Source: Alphaproteobacteria bacterium (GTDB taxonomy: Bacteria; Pseudomonadota; Alphaproteobacteria; Rs-D84). Taken from it: a DNA stretch of 53,473 nucleotides. Both the position numbers and the translations under genes were made by a program. The stretch spans positions 1 through 53,473 of the forward strand of contig JAFZHX010000038.1 in the NCBI GenBank assembly GCA_017554665.1, read 5' to 3'. The notes under the pieces were generated by a model. The model saw nothing but the letters and a program-made list of their open reading frames with translations, was not told the DNA's origin and did no database searches. This document shows positions 30,248 through 38,824 of the stretch, piece after piece. Position 1 is the stretch's first letter, and every line of letters begins with the position of its first letter.

Positions 30248-30991
30248 CTATTTAATATTGGACTTGTTCCAGCTTAGTGCATTTCGCAAATAGTTACGAG
30301 CCAGCTCTATATCAAATGCCCCTGCGCGTCGCAATTGACCTTCAGCATCAATCCAAGTCTTATATTCTTTTTGCAAGTTTCCAGATATTTTATCCAAGTT
30401 ACATTTTACATTATCAGGCGACAGGCCACCAGCATAACCAAATTCAATATCGTCATACACAGGCATATCCCAACGCTCTGGCAATTTACCAACACCATAA
30501 GAGCCATCAAACAACAATTTAAAATTCTTGTTATATTTTCTTAACAAATCAATTTGAGGCTTTACTTTTTGATTAAACGGAAATATAAATTCACGATCAG
30601 GAAAACACCTAAGCAGCCCGACAATCTTATACATCTCAAAAGTTGTCGTTTCATCACCAATATTTAATTGAATACGTTGTATCAAAGGCTTATTTGTTTT
30701 TGTGTTTTTACGTGCCAACCAGCCAGCTATTTCACTTGGGACCAACCCCTCAGCCATATAATCACACCATTCATAATTTACATGCAGTGCAATATTAGGC
30801 TGATTTTTTAACCCTTCAACAGCATCCAGCAAACGATTCATCCAACCATTACGAGGCAACCCAAGCGACATCGCACTTGGGTGTGCTTGAACGCCCAATT
30901 CCGCCAACGGCGACATATGCAATAAATCTATTGTTTTTTCTATAGATAAATTTTCACGTGGATCCGACATAGTTATATAACGCAACTGCAT
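30248..30991 (-). CDS. Hypothetical protein with weak resemblance to a phosphoribosylanthranilate-isomerase (TrpF)-like TIM barrel
   Basis: AAGGAT SD. LLFDGSYGVGK ... FGYAGGLSPDNV ... IDAEGQLR is reminiscent of the C-terminal half of TrpF (LDS..GGTG / AGGLNPENV / VDVSSGVE). There are no neighbouring trp genes. Confidence 0.35.
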   Translation of the reverse strand: MQLRYITMSDPRENLSIEKTIDLLHMSPLAELGVQAHPSAMSLGLPRNGWMNRLLDAVEGLKNQPNIALHVNYEWCDYMAEGLVPSEIAGWLARKNTKTNKPLIQRIQLNIGDETTTFEMYKIVGLLRCFPDREFIFPFNQKVKPQIDLLRKYNKNFKLLFDGSYGVGKLPERWDMPVYDDIEFGYAGGLSPDNVKCNLDKISGNLQKEYKTWIDAEGQLRRAGAFDIELARNYLRNALSWNKSNIK

Positions 30992-31049
30992 ACAAACATC
31001 CTTTTACTTTTATGATAAATTACTGTAACACAAATAATTAAAAAAACAA

Positions 31050-31080
31050 AAAAAATGTCCCATCGGGACATTTTTATTTT
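31050..31080 (-). terminator. Rho-independent terminator downstream of tRNA-Gln
   Basis: aaaaaaatgtccc-atc-gggacatttttatttt. The stem is the same type as the terminator at 18853. Confidence 0.7.
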
Positions 31081-31084
31081 ATCT

Positions 31085-31158
31085 TGGTTGGGGCAGCTGG
31101 ATTCGAACCAACACTGACGGAGTCAGAGTCCGGAGTTCTACCATTAAACTATGCCCCA
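31085..31158 (-). tRNA. tRNA-Gln (anticodon CUG), CCA encoded
   Basis: My manual fold of the minus strand is UGGGGCA-UA-GUUU-AAUGGUA-GAAC-U-CCGGA-CUCUGAC-UCCGU-CAGU-GUUGG-UUCGAAU-CCAGC-UGCCCCA-A-CCA. The 7-bp acceptor stem is perfect, the T-loop is UUCGAAU, and U33 precedes CUG. There is one C-U mismatch at 27:43. Confidence 0.85.
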
Positions 31159-31168
31159 AGCACCGCGG

Positions 31169-31197
31169 ATTATAAGGCTTTTTTATTTTCAATGCAA
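31169..31197 (-). promoter_or_regulatory. Near-consensus sigma70 promoter for tRNA-Gln
   Basis: The minus strand reads TTGCAT, a 17-nt spacer, then TATAAT. The -10 ends about 10 nt upstream of the mature tRNA 5' end. Confidence 0.7.
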
Positions 31198-31213
31198 GCG
31201 GAAAGTTTTTTCT

Positions 31214-31289
31214 ATGTAAAAAATATGTAAAATTTTTTGCAAAACGAAAGCACTTTTACACATGTAAAATATGTATTTAATATGTACAA
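31214..31289. repeat. Array of (A)TGTAAAA-like motifs upstream of the tRNA-Gln promoter
   Basis: ATGTAAAA occurs at 31214, 31225 and 31262. An inverted TTTTACA lies at 31254, forming ttttaca-ca-tgtaaaa. Variants are ATGTATTT at 31271 and ATGTACAA at 31282. The spacing is 9-11 nt. Confidence 0.6.
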
Positions 31290-31415
31290 AAACAACTGCC
31301 ATCGCCTTGATTTTACATTAAAACCGCCACTTTTCCAACACTTTTAATTTTTCCAGACCATTGTTCCGCTAGTCCGCCGGTCTGGAAAATACTCAAAAGA
31401 ACACTACTTTTTAAT

Positions 31416-31439
31416 AAAAAAGACGACCAAAAGGTCGCC
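31416..31439 (-). terminator. valS terminator
   Basis: The minus strand reads ggcgacc-tttt-ggtcgtc followed by tttttt, about 20 nt after the valS stop. Confidence 0.7.
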
Positions 31440-31457
31440 TTTCATATTGTTTTCTTA

Positions 31458-34064
31458 TTATTTTTTTATCTGAACAAAATCCATATCAAGTACAATATCA
31501 GATGTCGCAAATTCAGGCGCATCTACATATTTTATACCCGATGGGACAACACTACCCACATTTATCAAATCTGTTTCGCCTGTACGTAAGATATCACAGA
31601 TTTGTGCTGGTGCAGATATTGTTATGGATAATACAGGTGTTTTCTGAGATTTGCCATTTTCAGATTTTGCACCACGAATATCTGAAACAACTTTTACTGT
31701 TGAATCATATAAAACACTATCATCTGCGGTTATGCCAACAAAGTCTTCTTCCATAATCCACGACTGGTTGTGTAAAGATTTTTCACTTGTTCCCCATGGT
31801 CTAGATTGAAAGATTTCTTCGGTAATAAACGGACAGAATGGTGCAAAATGCTTTACAAATACATCAATCGTGAACATCAGTGTCGCAATTGCAGAAGAAC
31901 TATCATCTGAATACGCACGGGTCTTTACTATTTCTAAATAGTTATCACAAAAATTCCAAAAACGTGATTCCATTACATCCAACGCGGTTGCATAATCATA
32001 ATCATTGAATGCACGTGTTGCCGTTGCAGACGCATCCGCCACAGTATGCAACCAAGACTTATCCATTGGGTTTGTGATATATTTCTTATAGTCAGATTCT
32101 GCAACAACAGAACTATTGCCGACTATACCGAACACAAATCTACTGGCATTAAACAATTTGACGATAAACTTATGCCCCTGTGACATCATTTTTTCATCAA
32201 ATGCAGTATCCATACCCAAACGCGCCTTGGCCGCCCAATACCGAACCGCATCTGCAGAATATTGGTCTATCAAGTGTGCAGGTGTCACCACATTGCCTTT
32301 GGACTTACTCATTTTCTTTCTATCTGGGTCCAAGATAAAGCCACTTATCAAAGCATTGTACCATGGCAATTTATTTTCATGTAATAGTGCTTTGGCTACG
32401 GTATAAAATGCCCACGTCCGGATAATTTCGTGCGCCTGTGGTCTGATATCCATTGGCAAAGACAAATCCGACCCCTTTGGCGCAATAGACATTGCCAACT
32501 GTGGTGTCAATGAACTGGTTGCCCAAGTATCCATAACATCTGGGTCACCGATAAACCCACCATTTTTTCCGCGCATATCTTCTGTATAACCACGTGGTGC
32601 CATACTCATTGGGTCAACAGGCAACTGGTCTAAATCTGCAATAATTGGATTATCAAAATCTGGGTTGCCAGCATTATCTAACTTATACCAAACAGGGAAC
32701 GGCACACCAAAAAATCTTTGACGACTGATACACCAATCTTGATTCAAATTCTTTGCCCAATCAACAAAACGCGCCTGCATAAAAGATGGTTTCCAGTTGA
32801 TTTTCATACCTGCATCAACTAATTCATCTTTATGTTCCAACAGTTTTATAAACCATTGGCGCGAAGATACAAATTCTAATGGAAAATTGCCTTTTTCATA
32901 AAACTTTACAAAATGCTTGATTGGTCGTGGTTCGCCTAACAAAGCACCATCAGCACGTAATAACTCAACGATTTTACGTTTTGCATCTGCGGCAGACAAT
33001 CCCGTCAACTGAGAATAATTTTTATTGGCTTTATCTTCGTTTAATGTTTCAAATGCATCTTCGCCAAATTTAACATCCATCAAATGACCATCTAGTCCAA
33101 TAATTTGTTTAATTGGCAAGCCAGATTGTTTCCACCACGCAACGTCTGCGGCATCACCAAATGTGCAGACCATCATAATACCTGTACCTTTATCTTTTTC
33201 TGCATGTTCAGATGGTACAATAGGAACAATCACATCAAACAATGGAACTATCGCATTTTTACCAAATAAATCCGCATATCTTTCATCATCTGGATGTGCA
33301 ACAATTGCAATACAAGCAGGTAATAATTCTGGTCTTGTTGTTGCAATAACAAATGTTTTATCTGATCCTTGAACTTTGAATTCCAAGTCATGAAAAAAAC
33401 CATCAACTTCGCGGTCTTCAACCTCTGCCTGTGCAATCGCAGACCTAAAAGTCACATCCCACATTGTTGGCGCATAAACAGAACGTGTATGTCCTTTATT
33501 AAACAAATCAATAAACGATGCCTGTGATAATTTAATTGCCTCGTCACTAATTGTTGAATATTTCAAGTTCCAATCATAAGAATGCCCAATTCTACGGAAT
33601 AAATCTTCAAAAACCTTTTCATCTTGTTCGGTCAATATTTTACAAGCCTCTATAAAATTGCGGCGTGAAACCTCGCGACGTGGCGATTTATCATCTGGAT
33701 TATGCGCTGGGGTAAAATCCGGATCATAAGGCAGTTTTGGATTACATGCGATATTATAGTAATTTTGAACGCGTCTTTCTGTTGGCAAACCATTATCATC
33801 CCAACCGATTGGATAAAATACGGATTTGCCACACATGCGCTGAAAGCGCGTAATTAAATCTGTTTGTGTATAACTAAAAATATGCCCGACATGTAAAGAA
33901 CCAGATACGGTTGGTGGTGGAGTATCGACGACAAAAGAATTGACGCGAGAAGCAGTTGCATCGTATGCATACGTGTTCGTATTCTCCCAGAAATTTGCGC
34001 ATCTATTTTCAATTGCGCAAATATCTAGGCGGCTGTCTAATTCTTTTTGTGTTTTGTATTTCAT
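31458..34064 (-). CDS. valS: Valine--tRNA ligase (868 aa)
   Basis: The HIGH region is DTPPPTVSGSLHVGH, the KMSKS region is KKMSKSKGN, and an editing-domain-sized insertion is present. AGGTGG SD. There is no long C-terminal coiled coil. Confidence 0.93.
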   Translation of the reverse strand: MKYKTQKELDSRLDICAIENRCANFWENTNTYAYDATASRVNSFVVDTPPPTVSGSLHVGHIFSYTQTDLITRFQRMCGKSVFYPIGWDDNGLPTERRVQNYYNIACNPKLPYDPDFTPAHNPDDKSPRREVSRRNFIEACKILTEQDEKVFEDLFRRIGHSYDWNLKYSTISDEAIKLSQASFIDLFNKGHTRSVYAPTMWDVTFRSAIAQAEVEDREVDGFFHDLEFKVQGSDKTFVIATTRPELLPACIAIVAHPDDERYADLFGKNAIVPLFDVIVPIVPSEHAEKDKGTGIMMVCTFGDAADVAWWKQSGLPIKQIIGLDGHLMDVKFGEDAFETLNEDKANKNYSQLTGLSAADAKRKIVELLRADGALLGEPRPIKHFVKFYEKGNFPLEFVSSRQWFIKLLEHKDELVDAGMKINWKPSFMQARFVDWAKNLNQDWCISRQRFFGVPFPVWYKLDNAGNPDFDNPIIADLDQLPVDPMSMAPRGYTEDMRGKNGGFIGDPDVMDTWATSSLTPQLAMSIAPKGSDLSLPMDIRPQAHEIIRTWAFYTVAKALLHENKLPWYNALISGFILDPDRKKMSKSKGNVVTPAHLIDQYSADAVRYWAAKARLGMDTAFDEKMMSQGHKFIVKLFNASRFVFGIVGNSSVVAESDYKKYITNPMDKSWLHTVADASATATRAFNDYDYATALDVMESRFWNFCDNYLEIVKTRAYSDDSSSAIATLMFTIDVFVKHFAPFCPFITEEIFQSRPWGTSEKSLHNQSWIMEEDFVGITADDSVLYDSTVKVVSDIRGAKSENGKSQKTPVLSITISAPAQICDILRTGETDLINVGSVVPSGIKYVDAPEFATSDIVLDMDFVQIKK

Positions 34065-34104
34065 TTTTTTCCACCTAGTTTTTTAATTGTTAAACTGCTT
34101 GTCT

Positions 34105-34132
34105 TTTATACCATATTTTTATCAAAGGTCAA
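34105..34132 (-). promoter_or_regulatory. Candidate valS promoter
   Basis: The minus strand reads TTGACC, a 16-nt spacer, then TATAAA, about 40 nt upstream of the ATG. Confidence 0.45.
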
Positions 34133-34168
34133 TTGTTTGTTGATATAAAATAAAGCCCAAAATTTGTG

Positions 34169-34185
34169 TGTAAAAATATGTAAAA
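34169..34185. repeat. Two more TGTAAAA motifs upstream of the valS promoter
   Basis: tgtaaaa-at-atgtaaaa, the same word as the 31214-31289 array. Confidence 0.5.
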
Positions 34186-34320
34186 CTGAAACCATATACA
34201 AACCAACTTAAACCAACCTAGATGCAGTGACATGCACAAATGTTAAACGGCCATTTTTGCCCGTAATTCAGACTGTATTATGCGGAAATCTGGGATTTTT
34301 TGTTGTGTAGCATATGGGCT

Positions 34321-34356
34321 GTCAGAGTCCGGAGTTCTACCGTTAAACTATGCCCC
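34321..34356 (-). pseudogene. Fragment of tRNA-Gln (5' half, tRNA positions 2-37), direct repeat of 31122-31157
   Basis: The 36-nt segment gtcagagtccggagttctaccGttaaactatgcccc is 35/36 identical to 31122-31157 in the same orientation. It stops exactly at the 3' side of the anticodon loop. There is no T-arm or acceptor 3' strand, so it is not functional. Confidence 0.8.
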
Positions 34357-34417
34357 TATACGGGGCGCGCTATACGCATCTTATTTTTATTTTGAAATTA
34401 ATTTTTTAAAAAATTTG

Positions 34418-34426
34418 TGATATAAT
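34418..34426 (+). promoter_or_regulatory. Extended -10 element (TGaTATAAT) placed for a leaderless transcript
   Basis: The TATAAT at 34421-34426 ends 7 nt before the ATG at 34434. There is no SD in between. Confidence 0.5.
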
Positions 34427-34433
34427 TCCTGTT

Positions 34434-34970
34434 ATGTCAATACCCATCGAAACTATTAACGAATTTCATCTTAAGCGCACACAAGCGCATATAGATTGCT
34501 TGAACTATCATGCTGCCTTATTGGGCTATCATTTTCCAGAGCATGATAATGATAAAAATTCCGGTCCAATGATGATTGCTTATTCATACACGAACTATGC
34601 AAGATATCATCCAGAATATAATATTCCAGAAACATATATCGAGTTTTGCCGAACAATGCGTGCAGAACATCACGCAACCCAAGCCCATCATCTTGAGCAT
34701 TATGCCGATGTTTCAGAAATAAGTAATCTCACATTAATAGAAATGGTCTGCGACTGGTTCAGCGCCAGTTTTGAACAAAGATACATTACACACGAAGATC
34801 CAAACGATTATACAGTACAAGAATTTTTTGATACTTTATTGCGTAACAACCCTGAATACAAGTGGTCAAATGAACAAATAGAGCTTATTTGTTCTACAAT
34901 AGATTTTCTTGAAATGTATGCAAACCACGATGAAATTATGAAAATTTATACCCCTTTGCTTTCTATGTAG
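34434..34970 (+). CDS. His-rich hypothetical protein, possibly metal-binding (178 aa)
   Basis: His clusters include HFPEHDNDK and AEHHATQAHHLEH, followed by EMVCDW. It loosely recalls phage-associated HD-like DUF proteins, but this is unverified. Confidence 0.55.
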   Translation: MSIPIETINEFHLKRTQAHIDCLNYHAALLGYHFPEHDNDKNSGPMMIAYSYTNYARYHPEYNIPETYIEFCRTMRAEHHATQAHHLEHYADVSEISNLTLIEMVCDWFSASFEQRYITHEDPNDYTVQEFFDTLLRNNPEYKWSNEQIELICSTIDFLEMYANHDEIMKIYTPLLSM

Positions 34971-35038
34971 TTAGCAAAACGTACCTAGTGCAAAATCCCC
35001 TGAAAGTATAAATAATTTCTATCAAAGGGGGAAGCACT

Positions 35039-36118
35039 ATGAAAAAAGCATTATTTTTCACAACATTATCTCTTTGTGTTGCATTGGCACAAAATGCCAG
35101 CGCATGCACAGGGATAACACTAAAATCCAAAGACAACTCTACTGTTGTTGCGCGCACAATGGATTGGTCTGGCGCAGAAATGAACAATCTGTACACAATC
35201 GTACCACGCGGTTACACTCAGCAGTCTTTATTGCCAGACGGCACAATGGACGGTCTGACTTTTATATCACTGTATGGTTACGCAGGTATATCTGTTGACC
35301 AACCCGAATTTGTAGTCGATGGCACAAACGAAGCAGGACTATCTGCTGCCCTATTCTACTTTCCAAACTATGGCAAATACCAACAATATAACGAAAAAAG
35401 CAAAGATATATCACTGGCGGACTTTCAAGTCGTATCATGGATATTATCTCGTTTTTCAAGCATCGACCAAGTCAAAGCAGCTATCAACGATGTACGCATA
35501 ATAAATATAGATCCAACAGCTTCGACTGTTCATTGGAGAATTACAGAACCATCAGGTCGCCAAGTAGTCCTAGAAATTGTTGACGGCAAACCAAACTTTT
35601 ACGAAAACGAAATCGGAGTTCTAACAAACTCTCCTGGTTTTCCATGGCACATGACCAACCTTAACAACTATGTCAATCTACATCCAGGCACTGCAGGACC
35701 AACTCCTTTTGGTCCAATAACACTGCGAGCATTTGGTTCAGGTTCTGGCCTGCGCGGATTGCCTGGCGACTTTACACCACCATCTCGTTTTGTTCGTGCA
35801 GCGTTTTTGAAAACATTTGCGCTAGAACAGCCAACCGGAGAAAAATCAGTTGAACAGGCATTTCACATTTTAAACAATGTAGATGTTCCATCAGGTGTTC
35901 AATTTGCAGTTGGCAAATCTCCAACAGACATGCCTGCTGCGACTCAATGGACTGTCGCAACAAACTTAAAGAACAAAATTATTTATTATCATACGATGTA
36001 CAACAGAACGATTCGCAGTATCGACATGAGTAAAATCGATTTTGCAAAAATAAACTTCCAATATCACCCTCTGGATTCTATAAAACAGCAAACGATATTT
36101 TCTGTAAGAATAGACTAA
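35039..36118 (+). CDS. Secreted Ntn hydrolase of the choloylglycine hydrolase / penicillin V acylase family
   Basis: AGGGGGAA SD. The signal peptide ends NASA|CTGITLKS, which exposes the nucleophile Cys. The family core is conserved (RTMDW, NEAGL, LTNSP). Confidence 0.85.
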   Translation: MKKALFFTTLSLCVALAQNASACTGITLKSKDNSTVVARTMDWSGAEMNNLYTIVPRGYTQQSLLPDGTMDGLTFISLYGYAGISVDQPEFVVDGTNEAGLSAALFYFPNYGKYQQYNEKSKDISLADFQVVSWILSRFSSIDQVKAAINDVRIINIDPTASTVHWRITEPSGRQVVLEIVDGKPNFYENEIGVLTNSPGFPWHMTNLNNYVNLHPGTAGPTPFGPITLRAFGSGSGLRGLPGDFTPPSRFVRAAFLKTFALEQPTGEKSVEQAFHILNNVDVPSGVQFAVGKSPTDMPAATQWTVATNLKNKIIYYHTMYNRTIRSIDMSKIDFAKINFQYHPLDSIKQQTIFSVRID

Positions 36119-36126
36119 ACAAAAAA

Positions 36127-36158
36127 CAACCCCATAAATAAAATTATGGGGTTTCTTT
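36127..36158 (+). terminator. Rho-independent terminator
   Basis: ccccataa-ataaaa-ttatgggg followed by tttcttt. Confidence 0.65.
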
Positions 36159-36185
36159 GACAAATTATGCTTTATGTCTTATAAT
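36157..36185 (+). promoter_or_regulatory. Consensus sigma70 promoter placed for a leaderless transcript
   Basis: TTGACA (36157-36162), a 17-nt spacer, TATAAT (36180-36185), then 7 nt to the ATG at 36193. There is no SD. Confidence 0.6.
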
Positions 36186-36192
36186 ATATCTT

Positions 36193-37632
36193 ATGAAACT
36201 AAGAAAATTGTTATTACCGCTAACTTTTTTAGGCTTATCCCCTACTGCACACGCTGCGGGTCAGCATTCAGGCGATACAATTCCACAGACAAAAAAGACC
36301 ACGACATATTCGCCTAATAAAAAAACACCAGCGAAAACGATTCAGTATAACGACACAGACAAAGACATATACAACAAGCTTATAAAAAGTTACAACAAAA
36401 ACCCATCCAAGCATAATATCCAAAATGTTGTACAGTTAATGACAATAATGGAAAACCCTTTATATATGTATGAAAGTTTATGCTTATCCATTTCAGATGC
36501 CCAATACTTGGCAAAACATATATCTCCTACACTGCAAAAAAAGCTAAACATAGCAGACAAAGAAGATATTATATTTACTGCCATTAACAAACGCACCAAT
36601 GAAATATCTGACACAGTTGCATTTAACTTTGTAGCGACACACAGCAATCTGACAAAATTAAAATATCCTGTTGAAATACTAACCAAAGCTTTACGCGTTG
36701 CGCTATCTGACACGGCCAAAATTGGCAAATCGCAAACACATATCAATTGTATTTCTAATTTTATGAACTTTGCGCAGCAATATCAAAACAATCACGAGAT
36801 AACAAAATTATACTCTTCTATATTTGTAGCAACCGCTAATATGATTCGTGATTACAACAATCAAAAGACTCACTTTCAGTCTATCAACATACTAACCACA
36901 TTGATTAACAACTTTAACAATCACATTATATCTGGTTCCGTAATTGATAAAGAGATTCAAATTAAGCAACCACAAGATTATGTTATTCAAGAATACAAAA
37001 ACATTTCTGCGCGCGTAAATTTAGCAATGGTATATAATCGTGCATATTTATGTTTTGTATCCCGCACACATAAATCACATCCTAAACAATACAATCATAA
37101 ATACACACAACAGCTGTTTCAAAACTATGTAGAAGCAATCGAAATACAGTACCTGCATCGCAAACAAGAAGCAACCAAAGAACAACTACAAAGACTAGAA
37201 ACACTAATAAAAAAACATCCAGAAATATATTTATTCGAGCCTTACTTTTGCAACATATATTTGAGCACAGCAGAATACAACAAAATTCTACTTTTTATGA
37301 CAAATGTAAAAATTGCAAACGACAACAAGGCACACAATGTACCAAAAAACATTTTAAACATAGTGAACAAGTGCAATAAAAACGCAGACAAGCAACAAGA
37401 ATACATATCGAAACACATGATTAATGTGCCACAAATATCAATGGCATTACCAAGCAAAATGTCATTACAACAGATAAGGAAATCTGTTTTAATACCATTA
37501 AACATCAGCAATATCGTTACAGCAGAGTTAGAAAAACAACTAGACAACCTAGAAATAAAAATAGACGCGATGGAAAAAATTATAAAAAACAACCCTATAC
37601 ACAGCATGCAAATGCAACAAAATTCCAAATAA
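36193..37632 (+). CDS. Hypothetical secreted N/K/I/Q-rich protein (479 aa)
   Basis: Signal peptide MKLRKLLLPLTFLGLSPTAHA. The composition is very AT-rich and I recognise no family. The ORF track starts at the TTG at 36157, which is actually the -35 box. Confidence 0.65.
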   Translation: MKLRKLLLPLTFLGLSPTAHAAGQHSGDTIPQTKKTTTYSPNKKTPAKTIQYNDTDKDIYNKLIKSYNKNPSKHNIQNVVQLMTIMENPLYMYESLCLSISDAQYLAKHISPTLQKKLNIADKEDIIFTAINKRTNEISDTVAFNFVATHSNLTKLKYPVEILTKALRVALSDTAKIGKSQTHINCISNFMNFAQQYQNNHEITKLYSSIFVATANMIRDYNNQKTHFQSINILTTLINNFNNHIISGSVIDKEIQIKQPQDYVIQEYKNISARVNLAMVYNRAYLCFVSRTHKSHPKQYNHKYTQQLFQNYVEAIEIQYLHRKQEATKEQLQRLETLIKKHPEIYLFEPYFCNIYLSTAEYNKILLFMTNVKIANDNKAHNVPKNILNIVNKCNKNADKQQEYISKHMINVPQISMALPSKMSLQQIRKSVLIPLNISNIVTAELEKQLDNLEIKIDAMEKIIKNNPIHSMQMQQNSK

Positions 37633-37660
37633 AAAAATCCCCGAACGGGGATTTTTATTT
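37631..37660. terminator. Bidirectional rho-independent terminator
   Basis: aaaaaaatcccc-gaac-ggggatttttattt. Confidence 0.8.
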
Positions 37661-38824
37661 GTCTTCCAGTATTGCAATTCCTGGCAATGTACGACCTTCT
37701 ATAAACTCCAAGAAAGCACCGCCCCCAGTAGAAACATAAGTAATATCATCTTTTACACCACATGCTTCTAATGCAGCAACAGTATCACCACCGCCAATAA
37801 CACTATCCAGCTTACCTGCACGTGTTTGTTCAGCAATAGTTTCTGCCAACGCAAAAGAACCAAAAGACCAAACAGGTTGCCACTCTGCCATACCGACAGT
37901 ACCATTCCAAATAACAGTTTTAGCCTGTCTGATAGCCTCTGTATCACGTTCCGTAGTTGCAATACCAGCATCGATAATAACATCATCTGCTTCTATTTGA
38001 GTGAAATCTTTATTAAAGCGTTGTGCATCACGCGCAAATTCTTTTGCCACCCCTTTGTCCAAAGGCAACAATACTTCACAGTTATTTTGTTTTGCAAATT
38101 CCAATATTTCCAACGCAGTATCTTTTTGCTCTGCTTCGTACAAAGAGTTACCAACTTTTGCACCCATTGCATAATTAAAAGTAGTTCCCAATGCACCACC
38201 AATAATCAAAGTATCTGACAATTTTGCCAAAGCTTTTAAAACACCGATTTTTGTAGAAACCTTGCTACCCGCAACAATAGACAACATTGGACGTTTCGGA
38301 TTTTCCATAACAGCTGTCAGATGTTTTATTTCGTCTGCCAACAACTTGCCAGCATACGAAGGTAATATTTCTGCAACACCAACTGTACTTGCATGCGCAC
38401 GATGCGACACAGCGAACGCATCATTAACGAACAAGTCAAACCTTTTGGCTAATTCAGCTACAAATTCTGGACTATTTTTTTCTTCACCCTCATAAAAGCG
38501 AACATTTTCCAACAGTACAACATCACCATTTTGCATAGAACTTAAAAAATCTTTATCTAAACAATCTGGAATCAAAGGAACATTCATATAATCTGCGATT
38601 GGTTGCAAAGTATATTCCATATTTCGCTGTCCTTTTGGACGTCCACGATGCGCAACAATAGCAATCTTGGCACCTGCATCACGCAAAGCTTTTATCGTAG
38701 GCATACTTTGTTCGATACGAAAAGCATCTGTAATTTTCCCATCAACTATCTGCACATTAAAGTCATCACGCAACAGTACAAACTTTCCACAAACATCAAC
38801 ATGTTCAATTGTGCGAATTTTCAT
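37655..38824 (-). CDS. pgk: Phosphoglycerate kinase
   Basis: LLRDDFNVQ..GKITDAFRI, VAHRGRPKG and the GGGDTVAA motif are present. Confidence 0.95.
   Translation of the reverse strand: MKIRTIEHVDVCGKFVLLRDDFNVQIVDGKITDAFRIEQSMPTIKALRDAGAKIAIVAHRGRPKGQRNMEYTLQPIADYMNVPLIPDCLDKDFLSSMQNGDVVLLENVRFYEGEEKNSPEFVAELAKRFDLFVNDAFAVSHRAHASTVGVAEILPSYAGKLLADEIKHLTAVMENPKRPMLSIVAGSKVSTKIGVLKALAKLSDTLIIGGALGTTFNYAMGAKVGNSLYEAEQKDTALEILEFAKQNNCEVLLPLDKGVAKEFARDAQRFNKDFTQIEADDVIIDAGIATTERDTEAIRQAKTVIWNGTVGMAEWQPVWSFGSFALAETIAEQTRAGKLDSVIGGGDTVAALEACGVKDDITYVSTGGGAFLEFIEGRTLPGIAILEDK

Noticed and set aside
34321-34356. A second functional tRNA-Gln gene
   Set aside because: Only positions 2-37 are present. 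The T-arm, the 3' acceptor strand and the CCA end are missing, and the flanking sequence cannot complete a cloverleaf.
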